A DNA stretch of 64,000 nt from Trichococcus sp. (GCF_049589555.1 NZ_JBAWAZ010000013.1:187-64186); one strand, 5' to 3'; positions 10,541 through 22,555 are shown, counted from the stretch's first letter. The notes: generated from the letters alone by a model not told the origin. Numbers and translations: made by a program.

Positions 10541-10652
10541 GTTCAGCTTCAGCTGGACCTCTTTTGTGTCTGCCGCACAGCCTGCATAGCTGAAACAAGA
10601 TGAAAGCGATAACCTTTTTCCGCAGAACATACCATGAACGAGGAGAATATTC

Positions 10653-13600
10653 ATGAAAGAAATAGAGAAATATTTAAAAAGCACGAAAAATATACATACA
10701 GTGTTGTCTGAAATCAATTCAGAACTACCGCAGTTGGTAGCTGGGCTTTCCGGATCAGGCCGCAATCTGTTGACGAATATCCTGTTCGAAGAATTGCAGA
10801 AGCCGGTCATCGTCTTGACCCCCAATCTGCTCCAAGCGACCCAAGTGTATGAGGACATCAGTCAAATCGCACCCGAAGTTCCCATCCATATTTTCCCTGT
10901 GGAGGAATCGGTCGCGGCGGAACTGGCTTTTTCATCACCGGAATACCGAAGCCAACGGGTCGAAACGTTGGATTTTCTGAAGAGCGGCAAAAAAGGGATC
11001 GTCGTGATTCCGGCTGCCGGATTCAAAAAAATCCTCTCTCCAGCTTCAATCTGGGAAACGCATTGCCTTGATTTTTCCATCGGCATGGAGTTGGACCTGG
11101 AAAACCTGCCTGAAAAATTGGTCGCAATGGGCTATACCCGTGAACGGATGGTTGCCAGCCCGGGGGAGTTCAGCATACGCGGAGGCATCATCGACATCTA
11201 TGCCCTGAACGAAGAGAACCCACTGCGTTTGGAACTGTTCGATACCGAAATAGATACATTGCGTTTTTTTGATGCCTCGACCCAAAAGTCCAGCGCATCT
11301 ATCGAAACCGTCCGGATTTTACCGGCGCATGACACAATCTTCACGAAAGAGGAGATTGCGAAACAGGCCGGCGTGGTAGAGAAAAAAGCTGGAAAGGCCA
11401 TCAAAGGTATCAAGAATCAAGAAGTCAAAGAAAGTATGACACGTGTCTTCTCCGAGCTGACGGATAATATGAAGCGCGGCGAATTATCGAGGGATCCGCA
11501 ACTCTACACAAGCTTGGTCTATCCGGAACAGCCTACGGTTTTGGACTATATCGCCGAAGACGCGCTGCTGATCGTGGACGATTACAGCCGCATCCTTGAG
11601 GTGGAACGGACAATCGAAAGTGAATCATCGGAATGGAAAATGGCCAAAGTGTCGGAAGGTATGTGCCTGCCTTCGCAGGAATTCAGCGCCGATATCCGCG
11701 AGGTGATCAAAAAATCCAAACAGCACCGCATTTATTATGCGCTGTTCCACAGAGGCTTCGGAAATATGCGGTTCCACGGAGTCTATCCTTTCCAATACCG
11801 AACGCTGAACAACTTCTTCAGTCAGATGCCGCAAGTCAAACTGGAAATGGAGCGTTGGCTCAAACAGCATATGACGGTTTTCATGCTGGTCCCTTCTGCC
11901 GAACGTGCCGAAAAAGTGCAGCGGATATTCGCGGATTTCGGCATCCATAGCTACATCAAAGGCAACAATCCGTTTATCGAGAATAAAGTGAACATCCTGG
12001 TCGGCGGAATGGCGAACGGTTTTGAATTACCGCAGGAAAAAGTCGTGTTCGTCACCGAAAAGGAACTTTTCAACAAAGTTACGAAGAAGCAACCGCGCCG
12101 CCAAAAAATGACGAATGCGGAGAGATTGAAGAGCTACACCGAACTGAATCCTGGTGATTACGTCGTTCATGTGAATCACGGGATAGGCCTCTACACGGGA
12201 ATGGAAACCATCGAGGTCGGCGGCGTCCACCAGGATTACATGTCGATCGCTTACCAGGAAGGCGCCAAATTATTCATTCCTGTGACGCAAATCCATTTGA
12301 TTCAAAAGTACGTGTCCTCCGATGCCAAAACGCCTAAAATGCACAAGTTGGGCGGAACGGAATGGGCGAAAACGAAAAAGAAAGTCGCCTCGAAAATCGA
12401 AGATATCGCCGATGAATTGATCGAACTTTACGCTAACCGGGAATCCGAAAAAGGCTATGCCTATCAACCCGATACGCCGGAGCAACTCGACTTCGAAAAT
12501 GCCTTCCCTTACACAGAAACCGATGATCAACTGCGCAGTGCCGCTGAAATCAAAGCGGACATGGAGAACGTCAAACCGATGGACCGATTGCTGGTCGGTG
12601 ATGTCGGATACGGCAAAACGGAAGTGGCGATGCGCGCCATCTTCAAGGCTGTGCAGGAAGGGAAGCAAGCCGCTTTCCTTGTTCCTACGACTATCTTGGC
12701 GCAACAGCACTATGAATCGTTGACGCAACGGTTTGAAGAATACCCGTTTGAGATCGGTTTGTTGAGCCGCTTCCGCACGAAAAAACAGCAGGAAGAAACG
12801 TTGGCCGGCATCCGCAAAGGCACGGTCGATATCGTCATCGGCACGCACCGGATCTTATCGAAGGACGTCGTGTTCGCTGACTTGGGGTTGCTGGTTGTCG
12901 ACGAAGAGCAACGCTTCGGTGTGAAGCACAAAGAGCGCTTGAAGCAGATGAAAGCCTCTGTGGACGTTTTGACGTTGACGGCAACTCCGATACCGCGTAC
13001 CCTGCATATGTCGATGCTGGGGGTCAGAGATCTCTCTGTCATCGAAACACCGCCGGCCAACCGCTATCCGGTTCAGACATATGTCATGGAACAGAATAAC
13101 GGAGCCGTCCGGGATGCGATTGAAAGGGAAATGGCCCGTGGAGGTCAAGCCTTCTACCTCTACAATCGGGTGGAAACAATCGAGAAGAAAGCCGAAGAGA
13201 TCCGCGAGCTCGTCCCTGATGTCCGTGTCGCAGTGGCGCATGGCCAGATGACCGAAGTCCAGCTCGAGAATGTCATCATGGATTTTATCGAAGGCCGCTA
13301 CGATGTGCTTGTCACCACAACCATCATAGAAACGGGTGTGGATATCCCGAACGTCAACACACTCTTCATAGAAAATGCCGACCGGATGGGATTGTCTCAG
13401 CTCTACCAACTGCGAGGACGTGTAGGCAGAACTAATCGGATTGCCTACGCCTATTTGATGTATCAGCCGAATAAAATGCTGACTGAAGTCAGCGAGAAAA
13501 GACTGCAGTCCATAAAGGAGTTCACGGAACTGGGTGCAGGATTCAAAATTGCCATGCGTGACTTGTCGATCCGCGGAGCAGGGAACCTTTTGGGTGCGCA

Positions 13601-14189
13601 ACAACACGGCTTCATCGACTCGGTCGGATTCGATCTGTACTCCGAGATGCTGGGAGAGGCAGTTGCGGCCAAGCGTGGCCTGAAAGCGAAAACGAAGCGT
13701 TCAATCGTTGAAATCGACTTGAGCATCGACGCGTACATACCAGCCGATTATATCGAGGATGAGCGCCAGAAAATAGACTTCTACAAACGGATCCAACGCA
13801 TCGACGGCGTGGCTGATTACGATGAAATCGATGCGGATCTGATTGATCGCTTCGGCGATTACCCGCAAGAGGTTTCCGATCTGCTGGAGGTTGGTCTGAT
13901 CAAAAATTATGCCGAAAAGAGCCAGATTGAAACAATCAAACGCCAAGGCGAAACAATTGTCATCACCTTCTCACAGGAAGCGACAGTCCGCTTGCAGGGG
14001 CCGGCAGTGTTTGAAGCCCTCAGCAAAATCCCGTTGAAGGCCCAAATCAATTTGAATAATGCCAAATTGGTTGTCAGTCTGGTCATCGGGAAATTACCGA
14101 ACCGCCAATGGCTGAATCATCTCAATGCATTCGTCAAAGCGTGCGTCGCTGAATCGGACGAAACAACGGGAGAAACCGATGGGAAATAA
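10653..14189 (+). CDS. mfd: Transcription-repair coupling factor
   Basis: 1178 aa; CarD-like RNAP-interacting region, helicase motifs GDVGYGKTEV and VVDEEQRFG, C-terminal TRCF domain. Confidence 0.97.
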   Translation: MKEIEKYLKSTKNIHTVLSEINSELPQLVAGLSGSGRNLLTNILFEELQKPVIVLTPNLLQATQVYEDISQIAPEVPIHIFPVEESVAAELAFSSPEYRSQRVETLDFLKSGKKGIVVIPAAGFKKILSPASIWETHCLDFSIGMELDLENLPEKLVAMGYTRERMVASPGEFSIRGGIIDIYALNEENPLRLELFDTEIDTLRFFDASTQKSSASIETVRILPAHDTIFTKEEIAKQAGVVEKKAGKAIKGIKNQEVKESMTRVFSELTDNMKRGELSRDPQLYTSLVYPEQPTVLDYIAEDALLIVDDYSRILEVERTIESESSEWKMAKVSEGMCLPSQEFSADIREVIKKSKQHRIYYALFHRGFGNMRFHGVYPFQYRTLNNFFSQMPQVKLEMERWLKQHMTVFMLVPSAERAEKVQRIFADFGIHSYIKGNNPFIENKVNILVGGMANGFELPQEKVVFVTEKELFNKVTKKQPRRQKMTNAERLKSYTELNPGDYVVHVNHGIGLYTGMETIEVGGVHQDYMSIAYQEGAKLFIPVTQIHLIQKYVSSDAKTPKMHKLGGTEWAKTKKKVASKIEDIADELIELYANRESEKGYAYQPDTPEQLDFENAFPYTETDDQLRSAAEIKADMENVKPMDRLLVGDVGYGKTEVAMRAIFKAVQEGKQAAFLVPTTILAQQHYESLTQRFEEYPFEIGLLSRFRTKKQQEETLAGIRKGTVDIVIGTHRILSKDVVFADLGLLVVDEEQRFGVKHKERLKQMKASVDVLTLTATPIPRTLHMSMLGVRDLSVIETPPANRYPVQTYVMEQNNGAVRDAIEREMARGGQAFYLYNRVETIEKKAEEIRELVPDVRVAVAHGQMTEVQLENVIMDFIEGRYDVLVTTTIIETGVDIPNVNTLFIENADRMGLSQLYQLRGRVGRTNRIAYAYLMYQPNKMLTEVSEKRLQSIKEFTELGAGFKIAMRDLSIRGAGNLLGAQQHGFIDSVGFDLYSEMLGEAVAAKRGLKAKTKRSIVEIDLSIDAYIPADYIEDERQKIDFYKRIQRIDGVADYDEIDADLIDRFGDYPQEVSDLLEVGLIKNYAEKSQIETIKRQGETIVITFSQEATVRLQGPAVFEALSKIPLKAQINLNNAKLVVSLVIGKLPNRQWLNHLNAFVKACVAESDETTGETDGK

Positions 14190-15801
14190 TCGCTTGAAGC
14201 AGATGATGAAGGGTGCGTTGTTGCTGTCTTTGGCCGCATTCATCAGCAAGGTGCTCAGCGCGGTGTACCGAGTGCCGTTCCAGAATATGGTGGGAAACAC
14301 AGGCTTTTACGTTTATCAGCAAGTTTATCCTATCTATGGCATCGGTATGACCTTCGCTTTATCGGGCTTTCCGGTATTTCTTTCCAAGATGATTGCGGAA
14401 ACGCCGGACAGAGGGACCCACAGAATGATGCTGAAGCGCAGCCTGGCCATACTGGGCGTCTTCGGCTTCATCATGTTCATGGGCATCTATGGCTTTTCCG
14501 GTCAACTGGCGCTCTTGATGGGTGACCCGGAGTTGAAGCCCATTTTGCAGTCGGTATCCTGGATGTTTTTGTGGATGCCGATACTGGCGACGATGAGGGG
14601 GCATTTCCAAGGAAACTACCGCATGGAACCGACAGCGATTTCGCAGGTATCGGAACAACTGGTGCGTGTAGGGGCGATTCTTTTCGCGGCTTATCTGTAC
14701 ACGAAAACAAAAGGTGACCTCTATGCGATGGGCGCAAATGCCATGAGCGGCGCGACAGTCGGTGCGGTTCTGGGCAGCCTGATCCTATTGGTCGCTTATT
14801 ACAAAGAAAAGCGGAATCATGATTCGCCAACGCTTGATGGGCGACACCTGAAACAGGAGGCGCCCGCCGCGGAATGGGGACGCTTGATCCACCGCTATGC
14901 GACTGAAGGAGCGACGATTTGCCTGCTCAGCGCTATCCTGGTCCTGTTCCAACTCATCGACTCGTTTACGCTCTACAACGGCTTGCTGGATGGCGGTACA
15001 GCCAGTGATTTGGCAAAAAACGTCAAGGGCATCTATGACCGTGGCCAACCGCTTGTGCAGCTGGGCATGGTCGTAGGGACCGGGTTTTCGGCCAGCTTCA
15101 TCCCGATGATGAGCCATGCGCATGCACAAGATCGCCTAGGCGAATTCACCCGATCCGCCGTGTCGTTGCTGCGGATGACAAGTGTCTTTTCAGCAGCCGC
15201 GGTGACGGGACTGTTGGCTATTTTGCCGAACGTAAACAACATGCTCTTCGGGGACCGGGAAGGCATCGCGGTTTTGTCTGTGTATATTTTGGCCATTTTT
15301 GCGGCTTCGGTCATGACCGCCTATCATTCCATCCTGCAAAGCCTGGGACAGTACAAGATTTCCTTGGTTGCCCTGGCAGCGGGTCTTGCGGTCAAGTTCT
15401 TCGGCAATCTGCTGTTGGTGGAACCGTTGGGGACGATGGGGGCAAGCATCGCTTTGATAGCCGGTCTGGGTGCCATGTTGCTGGTGCTTTGGCTGAACAG
15501 TGAACGCGCCTTGCGGGAAGTCTGGTTCAGGGATCGTTTTTTCCTCAAACTGATGGCTGGCTGCGTTGTCCTTTTTGTTACGGTAGGGGCGTTGCGGGTC
15601 GGTCTGGAAAGGTATCTCTTCACTGATGGAGGCCGGCTGACGGATTCCGTGATAGCTGCGGTGACGGTTTGTGCTGGTGTGGGCGTATTCTTATGGTATA
15701 TTCTAAAAGTGAGGCTCTTTACTTTGCGGGAGTGGATAAGTATTCCGTTCGGAAAAAAACTGCTGCGCAAATTGCCGGATAAAACGAGCGACTTAAAATA
15801 G
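14179..15801 (+). CDS. MOP-superfamily polysaccharide/lipid-II flippase-like membrane protein (YabM/SpoVB/MurJ-like)
   Basis: About 14 predicted TM segments; position after mfd as for B. subtilis yabM. Start set to ATG 14179 (MGNNRLKQMMKG), which overlaps the mfd stop. Confidence 0.8.
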   Translation: MGNNRLKQMMKGALLLSLAAFISKVLSAVYRVPFQNMVGNTGFYVYQQVYPIYGIGMTFALSGFPVFLSKMIAETPDRGTHRMMLKRSLAILGVFGFIMFMGIYGFSGQLALLMGDPELKPILQSVSWMFLWMPILATMRGHFQGNYRMEPTAISQVSEQLVRVGAILFAAYLYTKTKGDLYAMGANAMSGATVGAVLGSLILLVAYYKEKRNHDSPTLDGRHLKQEAPAAEWGRLIHRYATEGATICLLSAILVLFQLIDSFTLYNGLLDGGTASDLAKNVKGIYDRGQPLVQLGMVVGTGFSASFIPMMSHAHAQDRLGEFTRSAVSLLRMTSVFSAAAVTGLLAILPNVNNMLFGDREGIAVLSVYILAIFAASVMTAYHSILQSLGQYKISLVALAAGLAVKFFGNLLLVEPLGTMGASIALIAGLGAMLLVLWLNSERALREVWFRDRFFLKLMAGCVVLFVTVGALRVGLERYLFTDGGRLTDSVIAAVTVCAGVGVFLWYILKVRLFTLREWISIPFGKKLLRKLPDKTSDLK

Positions 15802-15826
15802 GAAAGATTTCCAGAAGGAGAAATAT

Positions 15827-16885
15827 ATGGGTAAAATTGAAATAATGGGGCTTGGAGCCGGTGATTTGGAACAACTGCCGTATGGCGTATACAGTCGATT
15901 GCTGGAAGCTGAATTTGTCCATCTGCGGACCAAGGAGCACCCGGTCGTTGAAAATCTGAAGGCTGCAGGCGTGCAGTTTGAAAGCTTTGATGACATATAT
16001 GAATCGAAGGATAATTTTGATGACGTATACCGTCAGATCGCAGATTATTTATTGGAAAAGGCAAAGACGCAGGATCTGATTTATGCAGTGCCGGGACACC
16101 CGTTGGTTGCGGAGGATTCCGTCAAGCATCTGCTGCAGAACGAGTCGGGGATCGAAGTGGAAATCGTTGGAGGGAAGAGTTTCATCGACGATTTCTTTCA
16201 GGCGGTAGCCATCGATCCGATCGAGGGTTTCCAATTGTTGGATGGGTTGATCTTCCACCAGGACCAGCTGAGCTTAGGCAATCACCTGATCATCATGCAA
16301 GTTTTCAATGAATTTGTGGCCAGCGATGTTAAATTGAAGTTGATGGAGAAGTATCCGGATGAGCACCAAGTGGCTTTGGTCGATGCGGCAGGGACCAAGC
16401 TGCAGAAAGTGACCTGGTGCCCGTTGTACGAGATGGACAGGCTAGAGGGCGTGCACAACTTGCTTTCCTTGTATGTTCCGCCGCTTGAGAAAGATGAGCG
16501 CACCAAAAGCTTTGAGTTGACCCAAGCCTACATGGATGCCATCGTAGAAAAAGATGTTTGGGTGCAATCGCAGACACATGAAAGTCTGTTGCCCTATCTG
16601 AAGGAAGAATGCGAAGAAGTGGCCGAGGCGATCCAGAACGATGATATCGATAACCTGATCGAAGAGTTGGGCGACATTCTGCTCCAGGTTTTCTATCACG
16701 CCTCATTCGGCGAGCGGGAAGGTTTTTTCACGATGGAGGATATCCTGGAAACGTTGAACAAAAAATTACGCAGACGCCATCCGCATGTTTTTGACGGGGT
16801 GAAGGCTGATACGATCGAGGAAATCGATAAAATGTGGCAAGCGATAAAAGCAAAAGAAAAGGGGAATTCCGATGAGACTAGATAA
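15827..16885 (+). CDS. yabN: Tetrapyrrole-methylase-like / MazG nucleoside triphosphate pyrophosphohydrolase fusion protein (YabN-like)
   Basis: N-terminal methylase-like domain and C-terminal MazG motifs (EEVAEAI...[16 protein letters not shown]); conserved position. Confidence 0.85.
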   Translation: MGKIEIMGLGAGDLEQLPYGVYSRLLEAEFVHLRTKEHPVVENLKAAGVQFESFDDIYESKDNFDDVYRQIADYLLEKAKTQDLIYAVPGHPLVAEDSVKHLLQNESGIEVEIVGGKSFIDDFFQAVAIDPIEGFQLLDGLIFHQDQLSLGNHLIIMQVFNEFVASDVKLKLMEKYPDEHQVALVDAAGTKLQKVTWCPLYEMDRLEGVHNLLSLYVPPLEKDERTKSFELTQAYMDAIVEKDVWVQSQTHESLLPYLKEECEEVAEAIQNDDIDNLIEELGDILLQVFYHASFGEREGFFTMEDILETLNKKLRRRHPHVFDGVKADTIEEIDKMWQAIKAKEKGNSDETR

Positions 16886-17150
16886 ATTTTTGAAAGTATC
16901 CCGCTTAATCAAACGCAGATCAGTAGCCAAAGAAGTAGCGGACAAAGGGCGCATCCTGATCAACGGCAAGCAAGCGAAGTCGAGTTCGACTGTCAAGGCC
17001 GGCGATGAAATGACGCTGCAATTCGGGAATAAAACCGTCGTCGTGCGCGTCGACAAAATTGTGGAAACGACCAAAAAGGATGAAGCGCAGGAAATGTATA
17101 CCCTCATCAGCGAAACGGTTGCACCAAGAGCGGAAGAAAATCGCTTCTGA
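16872..17150 (+). CDS. yabO: S4-domain RNA-binding protein (YabO/Hsp15-like)
   Basis: [22 protein letters not shown]4 motif; 92 aa; overlaps the yabN 3' end. Confidence 0.88.
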   Translation: MRLDKFLKVSRLIKRRSVAKEVADKGRILINGKQAKSSSTVKAGDEMTLQFGNKTVVVRVDKIVETTKKDEAQEMYTLISETVAPRAEENRF

Positions 17151-17257
17151 TGATGCGAAAGGCCATGGACAATCCGCGCTGTTTCTTCTATACTTTTACA
17201 TGAGTAAAAGTATTCGGAACTAATGTTGGTGTGGAAGTTTTCAAGGAGGCGATCAGG

Positions 17258-17692
17258 GTGAAGGAAAAGACCAAGAAAAAGACAGCTGACAACGTAACCG
17301 TGATGCAAAATGATTTCACGAAGGCGCAGCACAGTCAGAAACGTATATTTCAGAGGGCGAAGAAAGCCCATATGAGAAGATTGTCGCTGATCTTTTTCTT
17401 TGGCGCTGCCCTGATTGGACCTTGCCTGTGGAAAACAGTCGGCAACTGGCTGGAAATCCGTAATCTGGATGCGGCCATCGCGTTGGCCCAAACAGAGAAA
17501 AAACAGGCTGAGGACGAAAATACGCAATTGACCTATGAAGTCAAATTGTTGCAGGATGATGAATACATCGCCAAATTGGCGCGCGGTAAATATTATTTGA
17601 GCAAGGATGGCGAAATCATCTTCAGTTTGCCTGAAGATAATCAGACAAAAATGGCCGAGAAACAAGAGAATGCGGCAGATTCGGATTCATGA
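17258..17692 (+). CDS. divIC: Septum formation initiator DivIC/FtsB family
   Basis: Single TM (LSLIFFFGAALIGPCLW) followed by a coiled coil; GTG 17258 lies 7 nt after AGGAGG; conserved position. Confidence 0.8.
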   Translation: MKEKTKKKTADNVTVMQNDFTKAQHSQKRIFQRAKKAHMRRLSLIFFFGAALIGPCLWKTVGNWLEIRNLDAAIALAQTEKKQAEDENTQLTYEVKLLQDDEYIAKLARGKYYLSKDGEIIFSLPEDNQTKMAEKQENAADSDS

Positions 17693-17779
17693 ATACAGCA
17701 ATGAATAAAGATTCTATTTTTTTCTGCATAATCCGTGTTATAATTAGTTGAGCAAAAATGAAGGAGGAACTTTTTTTTT

Positions 17780-18259
17780 ATGTCAATAGAAGTTGGGAAC
17801 AAAGTATCAGGAAAAGTTACAGGGATTACAAATTTTGGTGCATTCATTGATTTAGGTGGCGGTAAGACAGGACTAGTTCATATTAGTGAAATTTCTGATA
17901 CTTTCGTAAAGGAAATAAAGGACGTTTTGAAGGTTGGCGATGAAGTAACCGTAAAGGTGATGTCCATTGCAGATGATGGGAAGATCGGCTTATCCATCCG
18001 TAAAGCTGTTGACAAGCCAGCAGGGGAAGTCACCAGACCTCAACGAGAAAGCAGACCTTATCAAAAAAGTACAACTCCTCGTCCGGAAGGCTCTTTTTCT
18101 AAAGGCAGAAAAGATTTCTCAGCACATCAGGATAAAGGACTTAAAAACGACTTTGACTCGTTGATGAGCAGCTTCTTGAAGGACAGCGAAGACCGTCTGA
18201 CTTCCATCAAGCGCAATACGGAAGGCAAACGCGGCGGCCGTGGCGGCAGACGTGGATAG
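17780..18259 (+). CDS. yabR: S1-domain RNA-binding protein (YabR-like) with RGG-rich tail
   Basis: S1 fold signature GKVTGITNFGAFIDLGGGKTGLVHISE; C-terminal KRGGRGGRRG. Confidence 0.88.
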   Translation: MSIEVGNKVSGKVTGITNFGAFIDLGGGKTGLVHISEISDTFVKEIKDVLKVGDEVTVKVMSIADDGKIGLSIRKAVDKPAGEVTRPQRESRPYQKSTTPRPEGSFSKGRKDFSAHQDKGLKNDFDSLMSSFLKDSEDRLTSIKRNTEGKRGGRGGRRG

Positions 18260-18347
18260 AAAACAGTAATTTCTAGAGGTTGGGCAAAAGGGAAACCGAT
18301 TGTCGCACCCTCTTTTTTGCTTTACGAAGAAAGAGAGCAGGGATGTT

Positions 18348-19745
18348 ATGCAGGAATATATTCTGCGTCTATGCAAAGCGGTGGAACGGCACCAACTTTG
18401 GGATAAAGAAAGCCGCTTGCTGTTGGCGGTATCCGGCGGTGCGGATTCCATGGCGTTGCTGGGGCTTGTCCAACAATTGCCGCCGGAATGGCAACCGCAG
18501 TTCGTGGTGGTGCATGTCCACCATCATCTCAGGGAAGAGTCAGACGAGGAATACCGGATGGTCAGAGACTACTGTGAGACCCAAAGAATCGCTTTTTTTG
18601 CCGAACACTGGACAGAAGAAAGCCATCCGAAGTCAAACCTGGAAATGGCAGCAAGGGAATTCCGCTATGCCTTCTTTGCTGATATGATGGAAAAATGGCC
18701 AGCGACCCACTTGGTGACAGCACATCACGCGGATGATCAGCTGGAGACGATCCTGATGCGTCTGGTGAGGGGAAGCACGCTGAAGGGCATCTCCGGAATC
18801 GCTATGTCGCGCACTTTTGGTCGTGGGCAGCTCGTCCGCCCATTGCTGCAGTTCCAAAAAGACGAGCTCTATCAGATTTGCGGAATAGCCGGGATCCCTT
18901 ATCGGGAAGACAGCACCAATTCGGAGCTGACTTTCACGCGGAACAGATACCGCAACAGCATCATTCCACTATTGAAAGTGGAAAACAACCAAGCATCCAG
19001 GCATTTCGGCGATTTTTCGGAAGATCTGCAGGATGTATTGACAGTCGTTCAACCTATTGTCTCCCAGTCGTTTCGCTCGTTGTTCAACAAGGTTGAAGCG
19101 GACTGGGTATTGGATCTGGCTGGATGGCAAGCCTGTGACGTTTCCTTGCAACGGCTCGTGCTCAGTCATTTTGTGACGGAGCGGTTGATACCGGCAGGGC
19201 AAGACTTCCGCAGGAGCCAGCTGACTGCCATCATGGATCTTATCGAAAACCAGTCTCCCCAAAAGCAAATATCTTTGGCGGGAGGGTGGCAGGCCAGAAA
19301 AAGGTATGATAAACTTACTTTCTTATCCCCCGATTCAGTCAGGATCGATTTTGCCGATTTTTCTGAGCAATTGGAGCTAAATAAATGGGTAACCTTGCCT
19401 TCTCATGGTAGAATAGGATTATTTCATAACGATAATGCGGTTTCAAAAGAACTGCCGATGGATGCTCTGAGCGTTGGAATCACTGACGAATCGGCGCGGA
19501 TGCCTTTTACGGTGCGTTCCCGGCATTCGGGCGACAAGATAGTTCTGAACAAAAATCAGCCATTCACAAAAAAAGTGAGCCGGCTTTTTGTGGATAAAAA
19601 AATTCCGGATGAAGAAAGACGAAAAGCCTGTATCGTCACTGATGACGAGGGACGTATTTTATGGGTGCCGGGCTATGCCCAGTCCGTCTGGTTGTCCGAG
19701 AATGACAATGAACAAACGCGTTACAGATTGATTTACATTAAATAA
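18348..19745 (+). CDS. tilS: tRNA(Ile)-lysidine synthase
   Basis: PP-loop LLAVSGGADSMAL; tilS-hpt-ftsH synteny. Start set to the in-frame ATG 18348. Confidence 0.93.
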   Translation: MQEYILRLCKAVERHQLWDKESRLLLAVSGGADSMALLGLVQQLPPEWQPQFVVVHVHHHLREESDEEYRMVRDYCETQRIAFFAEHWTEESHPKSNLEMAAREFRYAFFADMMEKWPATHLVTAHHADDQLETILMRLVRGSTLKGISGIAMSRTFGRGQLVRPLLQFQKDELYQICGIAGIPYREDSTNSELTFTRNRYRNSIIPLLKVENNQASRHFGDFSEDLQDVLTVVQPIVSQSFRSLFNKVEADWVLDLAGWQACDVSLQRLVLSHFVTERLIPAGQDFRRSQLTAIMDLIENQSPQKQISLAGGWQARKRYDKLTFLSPDSVRIDFADFSEQLELNKWVTLPSHGRIGLFHNDNAVSKELPMDALSVGITDESARMPFTVRSRHSGDKIVLNKNQPFTKKVSRLFVDKKIPDEERRKACIVTDDEGRILWVPGYAQSVWLSENDNEQTRYRLIYIK

Positions 19746-19763
19746 ATTTTTGAGGTGAAAGAA

Positions 19764-20303
19764 ATGTTGCATCCTGATATCAAGGAAGTATTATACAGTG
19801 AAGAAGAAATCAGCGCAGTAGTCAAAGACTTGGGCGCGCAATTGACGAAAGAATATGAAGGGAAAAATCCATTGGTGATCGGCGTGCTGAAAGGTGCAGT
19901 CATGTTCATGACCGACTTATCGCGCGCGATGGCATGCGATCTGGAATTGGATTTCATGGATGTCTCCAGCTACGGAGCCGGAATGGAATCAAGCGGAGAT
20001 GTGAAGATCCTGAAAGATTTGGATACGACTGTGGACGGCCGCGACCTGTTGATCGTCGAGGACATCATCGACACCGGAAGGACGTTGAGCTACCTGATTG
20101 AAATCTTTAAATACCGTAAAGCCAAATCCATAAAAGTGGTCACTTTGATGGACAAGAAAGAACGCCGCGTCGTTGATTTGGAAGCGGATTACATTGGGAT
20201 CAACGTTCCGAACGAGTTCGTCGTCGGATACGGATTGGACTTCAACGAAAAGTACCGTAACCTCCCTTATATTGGGGTTTTAAAAACCGAAGTTTATGAG
20301 TAA
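19764..20303 (+). CDS. hpt: Hypoxanthine-guanine phosphoribosyltransferase
   Basis: PRPP motif [14 protein letters not shown]; ATG 19764 lies 6 nt after GAGGTG. Confidence 0.95.
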   Translation: MLHPDIKEVLYSEEEISAVVKDLGAQLTKEYEGKNPLVIGVLKGAVMFMTDLSRAMACDLELDFMDVSSYGAGMESSGDVKILKDLDTTVDGRDLLIVEDIIDTGRTLSYLIEIFKYRKAKSIKVVTLMDKKERRVVDLEADYIGINVPNEFVVGYGLDFNEKYRNLPYIGVLKTEVYE

Positions 20304-20426
20304 AATCATTCGTTAAAATTGGTCAGATATGATATGATTAGTGAGATACCAGTATATTGTGCAAACAAAAAAGATGAGACGTAAGATAAAGTCTGCGAAG
20401 AACGATATCTGACGAGGAGGTTCTAA

Positions 20427-22538
20427 ATGAAAAAAAATAATTTTCTTAAAAGCAGCGGCTTTTATGTGCTGATCTTCCTTGCAATCATTGCAGTGGTTTC
20501 GATGATTACAGGCGGCATGGACACAGAGACGAGCCAAGAAATTTCCGCAAGCGAATTTATGGATGCCTTGAACTCGGAAGAGGTAGATAGCTTTACGATC
20601 CAACCGGGTGCAGGCGTTTATGAAATCAGCGGTGAATACCGCACCGAACAAGAACTGGAAGTGGCTGATTCATCCAGCGATCTGCTGTTGTTTGATGATA
20701 CGACCAGTACTTCAACGAAGAATTTCACAACCAGAGTTTTACCGAATGATGAAACTCTGAAACAGATCACGGACATCGCCGAAACGACGGATACACAGAT
20801 GGTGCCATTGGAAGAAGATCAGTCCGGTGCATGGATCAGCATCCTGTTCAGCGTATTGCCGATCGTCATCTTCATCTTCTTCATGTACATGATGATGGGA
20901 CAAGCTGGAGGCGGGCAAGGCGGTAACCGCAATGTCATGAACTTCGGCAAAACAAAGTCAGAGGATGCCACCAAGAAACCGATGAAAGTACGTTTTTCAG
21001 ACGTCGCTGGTGCAGAGGAAGAAAAACAAGAGCTTGTTGAAGTTGTGGAATTTCTGAAGGATCCACGTCGTTTCACGGCACTTGGAGCAAGAATTCCGGC
21101 GGGTGTTTTGCTGGAAGGACCTCCAGGAACAGGTAAGACCTTATTGGCAAAAGCTGTCGCTGGTGAAGCTGGTGTGCCTTTCTTCTCGATTTCCGGTTCG
21201 GAATTCGTGGAAATGTTCGTCGGTGTCGGTGCCAGCCGTGTGCGTGATTTGTTCGAGCAAGCCAAAAAAGCGGCTCCTGCAATCATCTTCATCGATGAAA
21301 TCGATGCTGTCGGACGTCAACGTGGCGCCGGTATGGGTGGCGGACATGATGAACGCGAACAAACACTGAACCAATTGTTGGTTGAGATGGACGGTTTTTC
21401 CGGCAATGAAGGCATCATCGTAATTGCCGCTACCAACCGTTCGGACGTACTCGACCCAGCATTGCTCCGTCCAGGCCGTTTTGACCGCCAGATTTTGGTG
21501 GGCAGACCGGATGTAAAAGGCCGTGAAGCGATACTTAAAGTACATTCCCGCAATAAACCGTTGGCAAGCAACGTCGACCTGAAAGTTGTCGCGCAACAGA
21601 CACCAGGCTTCTCTGGAGCAGATCTGGAAAACCTGTTGAACGAAGCTGCCTTGGTTGCGGCCAGACGGAACAAAACAAAAATTGATGCTCTTGATGTGGA
21701 CGAAGCACATGACCGTGTCATTGCCGGTCCTGCCAAGAGAGATCGTGTCATCAGCAAGCGCGAACGTGAAATGGTTGCTTACCATGAAGCCGGTCATACG
21801 ATAGTCGGTATGGTGCTGAGCGATGCGCGTATTGTCCACAAAGTTACGATCGTTCCACGCGGTCGCGCTGGAGGATATGCAATCATGCTTCCGAAAGAGG
21901 ATCGATTCCTTATGACGAAGGATGAATTGTTGGAACAAGTTGTCGGCTTGCTTGGTGGACGTGTTGCGGAGGAAGTTGTCTTCAACGTCCAAACTACAGG
22001 CGCCAGCAACGACTTCGAACAAGCTACCGGCTTGATCAGAAGCATGGTTACCGAATACGGTATGAGTGAGAAGCTGGGCACTGTGCAGTATGAAGGGAAT
22101 CATCAAGTATTCGTCGGGCGTGACTATGGCCAAACCAAAGCTTACTCCGAAGATATTGCTTACCAAATCGACTCGGAAGTCCGTCGTATGATGAGTGAAG
22201 CGCATGTCAGAGCGCGTCAGATCATCGAAGAACACCGTGAACAACTGAATTTGATCGCTGCAAAATTGTTGGAATTGGAAACATTGGACGAGAAAACAAT
22301 CCGCAGCTTGTTCGAAACCGGCCAAATGCCTTCGGACTCGAATTCAGAAGAATATCCAAGCGAAAAAGCGCAGTCTTTTGAAGAAGCCAAACGGGCCCTT
22401 GAAAAGAAAGAGGCTGAAAAAGTTCGTCAAGAAGAGCAGATGCTTGCTGCTGGCGAACCTGAAGAGTCATCTGAAGTTTCATTACCTGCTGCTGATGAAA
22501 CAGCGAAAAATGAAGCTATCGATACGGAAGAAAAATAA
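20427..22538 (+). CDS. ftsH: ATP-dependent zinc metalloprotease FtsH
   Basis: Two N-terminal TM segments, AAA+ Walker [12 protein letters not shown], zinc site HEAGHT; acidic C-terminal tail. Confidence 0.98.
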   Translation: MKKNNFLKSSGFYVLIFLAIIAVVSMITGGMDTETSQEISASEFMDALNSEEVDSFTIQPGAGVYEISGEYRTEQELEVADSSSDLLLFDDTTSTSTKNFTTRVLPNDETLKQITDIAETTDTQMVPLEEDQSGAWISILFSVLPIVIFIFFMYMMMGQAGGGQGGNRNVMNFGKTKSEDATKKPMKVRFSDVAGAEEEKQELVEVVEFLKDPRRFTALGARIPAGVLLEGPPGTGKTLLAKAVAGEAGVPFFSISGSEFVEMFVGVGASRVRDLFEQAKKAAPAIIFIDEIDAVGRQRGAGMGGGHDEREQTLNQLLVEMDGFSGNEGIIVIAATNRSDVLDPALLRPGRFDRQILVGRPDVKGREAILKVHSRNKPLASNVDLKVVAQQTPGFSGADLENLLNEAALVAARRNKTKIDALDVDEAHDRVIAGPAKRDRVISKREREMVAYHEAGHTIVGMVLSDARIVHKVTIVPRGRAGGYAIMLPKEDRFLMTKDELLEQVVGLLGGRVAEEVVFNVQTTGASNDFEQATGLIRSMVTEYGMSEKLGTVQYEGNHQVFVGRDYGQTKAYSEDIAYQIDSEVRRMMSEAHVRARQIIEEHREQLNLIAAKLLELETLDEKTIRSLFETGQMPSDSNSEEYPSEKAQSFEEAKRALEKKEAEKVRQEEQMLAAGEPEESSEVSLPAADETAKNEAIDTEEK

Positions 22539-22555
22539 AACAAATAGAGGTTTGC

